NCBI GenBank assembly: GCA_965602635.1
Contig: CBFCZU010000105.1
Location: 1-14,209, forward strand
From: an uncultured Planctomycetales bacterium
Lineage (GTDB): Bacteria > Planctomycetota > Phycisphaerae > SM23-33
Direction of reading: 5' to 3'
Length of the DNA: 14,209 bases
Shown here: one piece after another, positions 6,904 to 14,192 of the stretch
Numbering within the stretch: position 1 is the first letter of the stretch
Layout of the letters: each line of letters opens with the position of its first letter
The notes under the pieces: generated by a model
Told to the model about the DNA's origin: nothing
Databases searched by the model: none
What the model saw: the letters and a program-made list of their open reading frames with translations, nothing else
Position numbers and translations under genes: made by a program

Positions 6904-6961
6904 CCCGCGCGATCTTCCGGGATTTTCACGCATACCCGCGGCGATTCCGACGTTTACAATA

Positions 6962-9900
6962 ATGGCGTCTTACGGCAAGGCAGTCGGTCTCCGCGCTGCC
7001 AGGGAGCGAGCCGAGATGACGGCGCTCGGGCGATACCAGGGAATGGACACAGTGCTGGCCCGCCTGGAGGCGGTGCGGGCGCGGTACATGCTGGTGGGAG
7101 TCGTCCGCTCGGCCGCCGCCGCCGTGACGGTGGTCGTGGGCAGTCTGGTGATCTTCGCCCTGGCTGGATACTGGCCGGGCCAGCCCCCCGCCGCGCTGCG
7201 ATGGACCATGCTGATCGCCGCCCTGGCCGCATGGGTGGCGGCGGTCGTATGGCTGGCGCTGAACGCTCTCCGCAGCCGCCTGAACCACGCCCAGACCGCC
7301 AGGCTGATCGAGCAGCACCTCGACGGGCTCGACAACGCCCTGATCAACGCCATCCAGCTCAGCGCCGACCGGATGCAGGTGTCTCCCTCGCTGGTGGCCG
7401 GCGCCATCCGAGAGACCAGCCGCAGGACGGGCAAGCTGCCCCTGGCCGGGGCCGTCAGCACACGGTCGATGAGGCGCTGGTCTATCTCCGCGGCGGCGGC
7501 GGTGGTCGTCTTCGCCGCGCTTGCGCTATTGCAGGGCGGGCCCGTGTCGCGCGGGCTGGCGGCGGTCTTCAATCCCGGCGGGTACGTCCGCCACCTCGGC
7601 ACCATCAAGCTGCTGGCGCTGGAGCCGGAAGGCGGCGACACGACCATGTTCGCCGGCGAGACCCTCACCATCACCGCGACCATCGATAACCCCACCCGCC
7701 GCCGCTGGGAGGCCCGCGTTGAAATCGCCGGCGCGGCGCAGAGGGCGGCCATCGCATCCCCGGACGGCGCCAGGTACACCTGTCGGCTCGGCAAGGTCGA
7801 GCAGTCCTTCAAGTACGCGATCCGCATCGGCGATTCGAGGTTCCCCGCCGACAGGCCCTACTACACGGTCACCGTCCACCAGCCGGTCGAGGTGGAGCGA
7901 TTCGACCTGCATTACACCTACCCGCGGTACATCGCCCGCAAGGAGCGCGTCGTGACCAACGCGGGCGGGTACATCGAGGCGCCGCTGGGCACAGCGGTCA
8001 CGGCGACCCTGGGGCTGTCGGCCCCCGTGCCCGGCGCGAAACTGGTCATGCGCGACGGCAAGTCGCTCCCGATGCGCGGCGACGGCGGCAAGACCTTCTC
8101 CGGCACGATCGACGTGGCCGGCGACGGGGCCTATCGCATCGTCCTGGCAGACAAGTCCGGACGCAGCCTCAAGCGGCTGCCCGACCCGGGCGATGGCATC
8201 CCCGACGTGCCCGAGCTGTCCGGCTGGTATCGCATACGGGCCGTGCCGGACCTCCCGCCGAAGATCGGCTTCGTCGAGCCGACGCGCAACGTCTCGGCCG
8301 CCCCGGGGACCAAGCTCACCACCCGCCTGAGGGTCTCCGACGACCACGGCCTCGAGGCCGTGCGGTTCTTCCTGGGGCTCGAGGGTCAGCCGGCCCGGGT
8401 GGTCAATGACTTCGCTGACGTCAAGGGCATGACCTCGGCCGAGCTGGTCCATGTCATCGAGGTCGGCGGGCACTACCGCGAGGGGGACGTGCTGGTCTTC
8501 CACGCCACCGCCACGGACGGGCGGTACCTGGGACGCCTCGGCGGCCCCCAGACCGCCAGCACGGCCAAGATCAAGATCACCGTCGAGGACGCCGCCAAGG
8601 TCGCCGCCGCCCGGGCCAAGCGGTACGAGCAGCTCCGCGCCAGGCTGCTGAAGATCCTCGCCGCGCAGGAGGCCCAGCGCGTCAACAGCGAGATCGCCGC
8701 CCGGAAGGACCGCGACCTGCTGTCGGTCCGCACCACGGGCAACGTCATCGCCGTCGGCCAGCAGGCCATCAGGCTGGACATCCTCGATGCGGTGGACCAC
8801 TTCCCCTTCGAGCCGGAGATGATCACCATCCAGCAGGCGCTGGCCCTGCTGGGCAACAACGCCTCCGCCGTCGCCGTCACGCAGGCGCGGCTGCTGGCCG
8901 GGCTGGACGACATGGGCGGGCGGGACAAGGCCTGCCAGGCGCTCAGCGAGACCCAGGACAAGATCATCCGCGCCCTCCAGACGCTGTTGGCCATCCTGCC
9001 TTCGATCAAGGACCCCGAAGCGGCCAGTCGCACCGCCGCCGGGGCCGACATGCCTCCCGAGGCGCGCGAGAAGCTCGCCGACCTCAAGGCCGCCCTGGAG
9101 AAGTTCATCGACGAGGAGAAGAAGATCATCCAGGCCTCGCAGCGCCTGGCAAAGCGCCCCGTGGACGACTTCAACCCCGAGGACCAGAAGCTGCTCAAGG
9201 AGCTGGAGCTGGCCCAGGACAAGTGGGAGAAATTCCTCAACGAGGCCTTCGCCGACTTCTCCAAGCTCGCCCAGCAGGACTTCTCAAAGCCCTCCATGCT
9301 CAAGGAGCTGATCTCGGTCAAGACCGACGTGACCATGGCCAAGGACGCCTTGAAGAAGAAGGCCGTGGAGATCGCCACCGCCATCGAGGACAACGGCATC
9401 GAGAACGCCGAGACGCTCACGGCCAACATCGAGAAGTGGTTGCCCGACGAGCCGGACCGGATCAAGTGGGACATGGAAGACCCGGCCGGGCAGACCAACG
9501 TCGAGCAGCCGGAGCTGCCCAAGGAGCTGGAAGACCTGGTCGGCGACCTGCTCGAGGAGGAAGAGGACCTCTTCGAGGAGATGGACGACATCACCGCCAA
9601 GTACACCATGAGCGGCGACAAGGGCATCGGCTGGGACGCCATGGACGGGCCCATCTCCAACATGAACGCCCAGGGCGTGACCGGCAACCAGCTTCCGAAC
9701 ACCTCTGAGATTTCCGGGCGCAGCGGCGAGGGCCGGCAGGGCAAGAGCCTCGGCGAGTTCGTCGAAGACAAGGCCGTGGGCAAGGGCGGGCGGCGGACGC
9801 CGACCCGTCTGACGCCCGAGCCGTTCCAGCAGGGGCAGGTCAACGACACCTCCGCCGAGCCCGCCGGCGGGGCCACAGGGGGCGGAAAGCTCTCCGGCGC

Positions 9901-10318
9901 CGGCTCGGAAGGCCTGGAAGGCCCGCTGCCCAAGGAGCTTCAGGACCAGCTCAAGCGCCTGGCGGGCAAGCACGCCCAGATCCGCAACAAGGCAGAGCGC
10001 ATACAGGCCCAGTTCAAGGTCTCCGACTATTCGAACTACCAGTTCCTTCAGGCGGTGACGCTGATGAACCGCGTCCAGCGCGACCTGGTGAACTACCGGT
10101 ACGTGAACGCCCTGCGGCAGCGGCGCGTGACGCTCTCGGCCCTTCGGCGGACGCACGAGCTGCTCACCGGCAAGATCGACGTGACCACCGACGCCACCGC
10201 CGACAGGCCCAAGTACGTCAGGGAAGACGTGGCCGACGCCATGCGGGCCAAGGTTCCGGCCGAGTACAGGCTCGTCCTCGAGGAATACTTCCGCCGACTG
10301 GCGGAAATGGAGAAATAG
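6962..10318 (+). CDS. Large (about 1118 aa) membrane-anchored protein of unknown function: N-terminal 2-3 TM helices, beta-rich central region, long coiled-coil/alpha-helical region, hyperacidic patch, Gly/Ser-rich low-complexity segment, basic helical C terminus
   Basis: TM helices are VVRSAAAAVTVVVGSLVIFALAGYW and WTMLIAALAAWVAAVVWLALNAL, with a third hydrophobic stretch ISAAAAVVVFAALALLQG. A beta-rich region covers about aa 200-520 (for example YTVTVHQPVEVERFDLHYTYPRYIARKERVVTNAGGYIEAPLGTAVTATLGL). The helical region KVAAARAKRYEQLRARLLKILAAQEAQRV...KLADLKAALEKFIDEEKKIIQ follows. The acidic patch LEEEEDLFEEMDD is at nt 9541-9590. GGATGGGKLSGAGSEGLEGP is at about 9860-9920. Codon usage and composition are coherent across 3.3 kb, whereas the overlapping ORFs are R/G/P-rich artefacts. 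An alternative start at ATG 7016 has GGGAGCGAG 9 nt upstream. No family is assignable from sequence alone. Confidence 0.75.
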   Translation: MASYGKAVGLRAARERAEMTALGRYQGMDTVLARLEAVRARYMLVGVVRSAAAAVTVVVGSLVIFALAGYWPGQPPAALRWTMLIAALAAWVAAVVWLALNALRSRLNHAQTARLIEQHLDGLDNALINAIQLSADRMQVSPSLVAGAIRETSRRTGKLPLAGAVSTRSMRRWSISAAAAVVVFAALALLQGGPVSRGLAAVFNPGGYVRHLGTIKLLALEPEGGDTTMFAGETLTITATIDNPTRRRWEARVEIAGAAQRAAIASPDGARYTCRLGKVEQSFKYAIRIGDSRFPADRPYYTVTVHQPVEVERFDLHYTYPRYIARKERVVTNAGGYIEAPLGTAVTATLGLSAPVPGAKLVMRDGKSLPMRGDGGKTFSGTIDVAGDGAYRIVLADKSGRSLKRLPDPGDGIPDVPELSGWYRIRAVPDLPPKIGFVEPTRNVSAAPGTKLTTRLRVSDDHGLEAVRFFLGLEGQPARVVNDFADVKGMTSAELVHVIEVGGHYREGDVLVFHATATDGRYLGRLGGPQTASTAKIKITVEDAAKVAAARAKRYEQLRARLLKILAAQEAQRVNSEIAARKDRDLLSVRTTGNVIAVGQQAIRLDILDAVDHFPFEPEMITIQQALALLGNNASAVAVTQARLLAGLDDMGGRDKACQALSETQDKIIRALQTLLAILPSIKDPEAASRTAAGADMPPEAREKLADLKAALEKFIDEEKKIIQASQRLAKRPVDDFNPEDQKLLKELELAQDKWEKFLNEAFADFSKLAQQDFSKPSMLKELISVKTDVTMAKDALKKKAVEIATAIEDNGIENAETLTANIEKWLPDEPDRIKWDMEDPAGQTNVEQPELPKELEDLVGDLLEEEEDLFEEMDDITAKYTMSGDKGIGWDAMDGPISNMNAQGVTGNQLPNTSEISGRSGEGRQGKSLGEFVEDKAVGKGGRRTPTRLTPEPFQQGQVNDTSAEPAGGATGGGKLSGAGSEGLEGPLPKELQDQLKRLAGKHAQIRNKAERIQAQFKVSDYSNYQFLQAVTLMNRVQRDLVNYRYVNALRQRRVTLSALRRTHELLTGKIDVTTDATADRPKYVREDVADAMRAKVPAEYRLVLEEYFRRLAEMEK

Positions 10319-10335
10319 CCGAGCTCGTCTCGGGG

Positions 10336-10355
10336 CAAGGGGGCAAAACCCCTTG
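10336..10355 (+). terminator. GC-rich hairpin (7-bp stem CAAGGGG/CCCCTTG, 6-nt loop) 18 nt after the stop of the large gene; putative intrinsic terminator without a U-tract
   Basis: Base pairing was checked position by position (c10336-g10355 ... g10342-c10349). The downstream sequence is GCGCACAAGG with no T-run, so classification as a terminator is tentative. Confidence 0.3.
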
Positions 10356-10451
10356 GCGCACAAGGCCGATATTCGTAACCTGTTGTCCGGTCTGCAAAGC
10401 GTTTCTGTCTCGCATTCTGTTTGGCAAGCTGAGGAAGGTTGAAGTGCAACA

Positions 10452-11453
10452 ATGAGTTACAAGACTGCAATCCTGGGCGTGACCGGGGCGGTCGGCAGTG
10501 AGTTTCTGAAGGTCCTGGCCGACAGGGACTTCCCCCTGGCCAGCTTGAAGCTGCTGGCCTCGCACCGCTCGGCCGGCAAGAAGCGGACGTTCCGCGGCGA
10601 GGAGATGGTGATTGAGGAGGCCACCGAGAAGAGCTTCGCCGGGCTGGACCTTGTGCTGGCCTCGGCCGGGTCGGCGGTCTCGAAGAAGCTCGCGCCGGCG
10701 GCCGTGGCTGCCGGGTGTGTGGTCGTGGACAACACCTCGGCCTTCCGGATGGACGCCGCCGTGCCGCTGGTCGTCCCCGAGGTCAACGCCGAGGACATCA
10801 AGTCGCACGAGGGCATCATCGCCAACCCGAACTGCTCGACGATCATCATGAACGTCCCGGTCTGGCCGCTGCACAAGGTCAACCCGGTGCGGCGGGTCGT
10901 CGTGAGCACCTACCAGTCGGTCAGCGGGCACAGCGCCGCCGCGATGCGCGAGCTGGCCGACGCCGCCCGCGCGTTCCTCGACGGCAAGCCCTACGAGCCG
11001 AAGGTGCTGCCGCACCCGGTCGCCTTCAACGTCTTCAGCCACGGCAGCGAGGTCGGCGAGGACGGCTACAACCTCGAAGAGCGCAAGATGGTCCTGGAGA
11101 CGCGGAAGATATTCCATTGCCCGGAAATCCTGATTGCCGCAACTTGCGTTCGCGTGCCGGTGATGCGCGCCCACACCGAGTCGATCAACCTTCAGTTCAC
11201 CAGGGCGATCACCCCCGGCCAGGCGCGTGAGATTCTCTCCGGCGCGCCGGGCGTGAAGATCGTGGACGACCGGGAGAAGAATTACTTTCCCATGCCGCGG
11301 GACGCGACCGGGCAGGACGACGTACTCGTGGGGCGAATCCGCCAGGACGTCTCCCAGGGCGACGGCTGCGGGCTGGAGATGCTTGTCAGCGGGGATCAGC
11401 TCCGCAAGGGCGCGGCCCTGAACGCGGTGCAGATCGCCGAGTTGCTTGGGTAA
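10452..11453 (+). CDS. asd: Aspartate-semialdehyde dehydrogenase
   Basis: Motifs are AILGVTGAVGSEFLKVL (N-terminal NADP Rossmann), IANPNCSTI (active-site Cys) and RVPVMRAHTESINLQF (catalytic His). Length is 333 aa. A strong SD (GAGGAAGG at 10431-10438) precedes ATG 10452. Confidence 0.92.
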   Translation: MSYKTAILGVTGAVGSEFLKVLADRDFPLASLKLLASHRSAGKKRTFRGEEMVIEEATEKSFAGLDLVLASAGSAVSKKLAPAAVAAGCVVVDNTSAFRMDAAVPLVVPEVNAEDIKSHEGIIANPNCSTIIMNVPVWPLHKVNPVRRVVVSTYQSVSGHSAAAMRELADAARAFLDGKPYEPKVLPHPVAFNVFSHGSEVGEDGYNLEERKMVLETRKIFHCPEILIAATCVRVPVMRAHTESINLQFTRAITPGQAREILSGAPGVKIVDDREKNYFPMPRDATGQDDVLVGRIRQDVSQGDGCGLEMLVSGDQLRKGAALNAVQIAELLG

Positions 11454-11463
11454 GCCGGCTGGG

Positions 11464-11487
11464 CGGCGCCGGCGAAGTTGGCGCCGG
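11464..11487 (+). terminator. GC-rich hairpin (CGGCGCC / GGCGCCG, 7-bp stem, 9-nt loop; alternative 6-bp register) 10 nt after the asd stop; putative terminator without a U-tract
   Basis: Pairing c11464-g11486 ... c11470-g11480 was verified. The downstream sequence is not T-rich. Confidence 0.25.
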
Positions 11488-11587
11488 TCCGCGAGCCATT
11501 TGCCGCCGGCGAGTGTTGCACCCAATAGGTTCGGCGGCAGGTTCCGGGCGTGCCCGGATGGACTGTCCGTTGGGTGGAAGGTAGTCC

Positions 11588-13282
11588 ATGAGCAGGTGGA
11601 TCGTCATTACGGTGGTGGTGTGCGGACTTGCCGCGGGGGCGTTGGCTCAGGCCGCCGCGAAGGTCGATCCCCACGAGAAGCTCGTCAAGGAGCTTTACGG
11701 CAAGCGTATCGCCGCAGCTCAGGCCTCGGCCGACCCGGCCGACAACATTTCCCTGGCCCGGGAGCTGACGTCGGCGGGGGCGGAAGCGGCCAACCCCGTC
11801 CAGGTCCGCCACATCCTTGCCATGGAGGCGGTCAACCTCACCGCACCAATCGGCACGCCCGAGGCCGCAAAGCTCGCCCGCGACGCGCTGGCGCTTGCCG
11901 ATCGGGTGCGCCGGCTGGGAGCCGTTGAGAAAAGCCGGGTCGAGGTGACGATCGCCCGCGGGTGCCAGAGGTATGCCCGCCGCACCGGCGCCAAAGGCAA
12001 GGCCCTCGTTGACGTGATCGGCGAGGTGGTTGATGCCGAGATCGCCCTGGCAAGGGCGCTCATGGAGAACAAAGAGTTCAAGGAGGCGGAGGACGTGCTG
12101 CAAACCGCCAGCGGCGCGGCTACCCGGCACGAGCTCGCTGTCCGGGCCGAGCAGATCCGAATGCTCAGCAAGGAGCTGCGCACCCTGCGCACCACGCTGG
12201 GGCGAATTCGCAGGGCCGAGGCCAGGCTCAAGAGCGCCCGCCTCATCAGCGAGGAGAAGGCCATCCTCGGCGCCAGGCGGCAGCTTGGATCGATCCACCT
12301 GCTCCAGGCCGGGGACGTGGTCAAGGCCAGCGAGCACCTGGCCGGCACGGGCGACGAGCACGAGTCGGTGGCCGCGGCGGCGGCGAAGTACCTCAAGGCC
12401 CCGGCCAAGCTGCCGCCCGCCGACCAGTGCAATGAGCTTGTGTCCAACCTGTGCAAGGTCGCCAAGGCGGCCGCCAACGATCACGCGCGGCTGCGACTCG
12501 GCAGGCTGGCCACGGACATCTGCCGGGCCTTCCTCGCCACGAAGCCCAAGGGCCTGGCCGCCACCAAGGCCCGCCTGCTGCTGAAACAGGCCGAGACCCT
12601 CGCCGAGGATACGCCCGAGCACCGCCTGATCCGCAAGTTGAAGGCCAGCTACGGTGGACTGGCGGGGAAGCTTGAGGTGCCCAGGCCGGGAATCGTCCGC
12701 GCCTCGTATGATTTCGCCGGCGCCGGCCAACTCGGCGACTGGACGGTCCAGGAAGGCGCCTGGCGGGTGCTCGCCGGCAAGAACATCCTGGCGGGCGGCC
12801 CCCCGGCCGGCGGAAAGGCGTGCATCGAGAGCCGGCTTCGGTTCCGAGCCAACAAGCCCCTGACATTCAGCTTCCGTGCCAGCGGTGAGCAGGACCTGAA
12901 CGCCGCCCTTTTCTTCAAGACGTCCAGCGCCTCCGGCCGCGGCCCCGTCGCCGTGCATTTCCGCTTCGGCGCCAGCAGGAACCGCAGAAGCCATCTCAGT
13001 GACGACGGATGGCATCGCTGGTGGGACAGCAGGCTCAAGGTCATACGCAACCGTTCCTACAAGATTGACATCGTCTGGGACGGGGCGGGCAAGGTGACCT
13101 GGTCGATCGACGGAAAGCAGATCTGCGAGCAGAAGCTCAGGAGTTCCTCCCGCAGCCCCCTCGCTGAGGCGTGGTTGCAGGCGGGCCTGGAGACGGAGGG
13201 CAAGCCGGCGGGCTTTGACGACGTGACTCTCGAGGGAGATATGATTGAAGGCCCGTCGGCGCCACGCGCGCGCTCGCCGTAG
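11588..13282 (+). CDS. Secreted/anchored protein: N-terminal signal peptide or TM anchor, alpha-helical Ala/Leu/Arg-rich region (about 340 aa), C-terminal (about 190 aa) beta jelly-roll-like domain (concanavalin/LamG- or DUF1080-like, low confidence)
   Basis: GGAAGG lies 8 nt upstream of ATG 11588. The N terminus is MSRWIVITVVVCGLAAGALAQAAA. The C-terminal region from about nt 12680 reads YDFAGAGQLGDWTVQEGAWRVLAGKNILAGG...LTFSFRASGEQDLNAALFFK...YKIDIVWDGAGKVTWSIDGKQ. This has the W..G.W.V.DG pattern and the alternating beta-strand character of lectin-like jelly rolls. The family assignment is inference only. Confidence 0.7.
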   Translation: MSRWIVITVVVCGLAAGALAQAAAKVDPHEKLVKELYGKRIAAAQASADPADNISLARELTSAGAEAANPVQVRHILAMEAVNLTAPIGTPEAAKLARDALALADRVRRLGAVEKSRVEVTIARGCQRYARRTGAKGKALVDVIGEVVDAEIALARALMENKEFKEAEDVLQTASGAATRHELAVRAEQIRMLSKELRTLRTTLGRIRRAEARLKSARLISEEKAILGARRQLGSIHLLQAGDVVKASEHLAGTGDEHESVAAAAAKYLKAPAKLPPADQCNELVSNLCKVAKAAANDHARLRLGRLATDICRAFLATKPKGLAATKARLLLKQAETLAEDTPEHRLIRKLKASYGGLAGKLEVPRPGIVRASYDFAGAGQLGDWTVQEGAWRVLAGKNILAGGPPAGGKACIESRLRFRANKPLTFSFRASGEQDLNAALFFKTSSASGRGPVAVHFRFGASRNRRSHLSDDGWHRWWDSRLKVIRNRSYKIDIVWDGAGKVTWSIDGKQICEQKLRSSSRSPLAEAWLQAGLETEGKPAGFDDVTLEGDMIEGPSAPRARSP

Positions 13283-13328
13283 CTGCGAATCGGACCGGGC
13301 CGCCGCTGGGCGGCGCGGCGAACCTCCC

Positions 13329-14123
13329 ATGGACTTGGCACAGGAAAACGCCCCTGCCGGGGCGCGGAACGTCAGGCTGGTCGTCGCCTACAACGGCACG
13401 CGCTACCACGGCTGGCAGCGCCAGGCCGAGGGCGTATCGACCGTCCAGCAGTGCATCGAGGCCGCCGCCGGGCGCGTCCTGGGACACCCCGTCTCGGTGG
13501 CCGGGGCCGGCAGGACCGACGCCGGCGTCCACGCCCTCGGGCAGGTCGCCAACCTGCGCACCACCAACCTCAGCATCCCGCTGGCCAATTTCCGGCGGGC
13601 GCTGAACTCGAAGCTGCCCGACGACATCGCCGCCCTCTCCTCCGCCCAGGCGGGCGAGGACTTCCACGCCTCGCGCTCGGCCATCGGCAAGACCTACAGG
13701 TACCGCATCCACCTTGGCCCGGCCAAGCCCGTGATGTTCGCCGACCAGGTGTGGCACTGCCGGGCGGCGCTCGACCTCGAGCGGATGGGCGCCGCCGCCC
13801 GCCGGGTTGTGGGCAGGCACGACTTCCGCGGCTTCGCCTACGCGGCCGAAAGCCGCGAGAACACCGTCCGAATCGTCACCCGCTGCGAAGTGGCCGAGTG
13901 CGGCGATGAGGTGCGCATCTTCGTCGCCGGCGACGGGTTCCTCTACAAGATGGTGCGGAACATCGTCGGCACGCTGGTCGAGATCGCTCGGGGGCGCTGG
14001 GGGCCCGAGCAGATCGACGTGATCGTCAGCACGCGCGACCGCGGCTACGCCGGTCCGACCGCCCTTCCCGGCGGGCTGTGCCTGATGTCAGTGGACTACC
14101 CCCCGGCGGCCGCCGGCGGCTGA
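13329..14123 (+). CDS. truA: tRNA pseudouridine(38-40) synthase
   Basis: Motifs are RLVVAYNGTRYHGWQRQ (E. coli has IEYDGSKYYGWQRQ), GAGRTDAGVHALGQV (catalytic Asp loop) and YKMVRNIVG. The start was chosen at ATG 13329 so that the N terminus aligns with canonical TruA, with about 13 aa before the R-x-A-L-x-IEYDG-like segment. The in-frame ATG at 13245 would overlap the upstream gene and add an Arg-rich extension, so it was not preferred. Confidence 0.85.
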   Translation: MDLAQENAPAGARNVRLVVAYNGTRYHGWQRQAEGVSTVQQCIEAAAGRVLGHPVSVAGAGRTDAGVHALGQVANLRTTNLSIPLANFRRALNSKLPDDIAALSSAQAGEDFHASRSAIGKTYRYRIHLGPAKPVMFADQVWHCRAALDLERMGAAARRVVGRHDFRGFAYAAESRENTVRIVTRCEVAECGDEVRIFVAGDGFLYKMVRNIVGTLVEIARGRWGPEQIDVIVSTRDRGYAGPTALPGGLCLMSVDYPPAAAGG

Positions 14124-14161
14124 GCGTCGCGCGAGTCGATTCCGCGCAGGCAGTGCTAGCC

Positions 14162-14192
14162 CGGATGTTGCACGATGCGCGTGCAACATCCG
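14162..14192 (+). terminator. Perfect 13-bp inverted repeat CGGATGTTGCACG-(ATGCG)-CGTGCAACATCCG, 38 nt downstream of the truA stop; putative truA terminator and/or palindromic protein-binding site
   Basis: All 13 base pairs were verified (c14162-g14192 ... g14174-c14180), with a 5-nt loop and no U-tract following. It contains the TGTTGCAC 8-mer that recurs in two other intergenic regions. Confidence 0.4.

Noticed and set aside
5419-6933. 504-aa antisense ORF across the DRE-TIM gene (and the 178-aa ORF 5433..5969 -, the 327-aa + frame 5979..6962)
   Set aside because: These are compositional shadow ORFs (Arg/Gly/Pro-rich, no motifs). The + frame at 5518 carries clear DRE-TIM catalytic motifs.
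7526-9933. Long antisense ORFs (7526..8800 -, 8473..9933 -, 6970..7827 -) inside the 1118-aa gene
   Set aside because: They have the same R/G/A/S-rich low-complexity character. The sense frame has coherent TM, beta and coiled-coil organisation.
13245-13328. Upstream in-frame ATG (13245) as the truA start
   Set aside because: It would overlap the preceding gene by 38 nt and add an Arg-rich 28-aa extension not seen in TruA proteins. ATG 13329 gives a canonical N terminus.
10218-13330. Antisense ORFs 10218..11525 (-) and 11396..13330 (-) across asd and the downstream gene
   Set aside because: asd is unambiguous on the + strand and the antisense products are Arg/Gly/Pro-rich artefacts.
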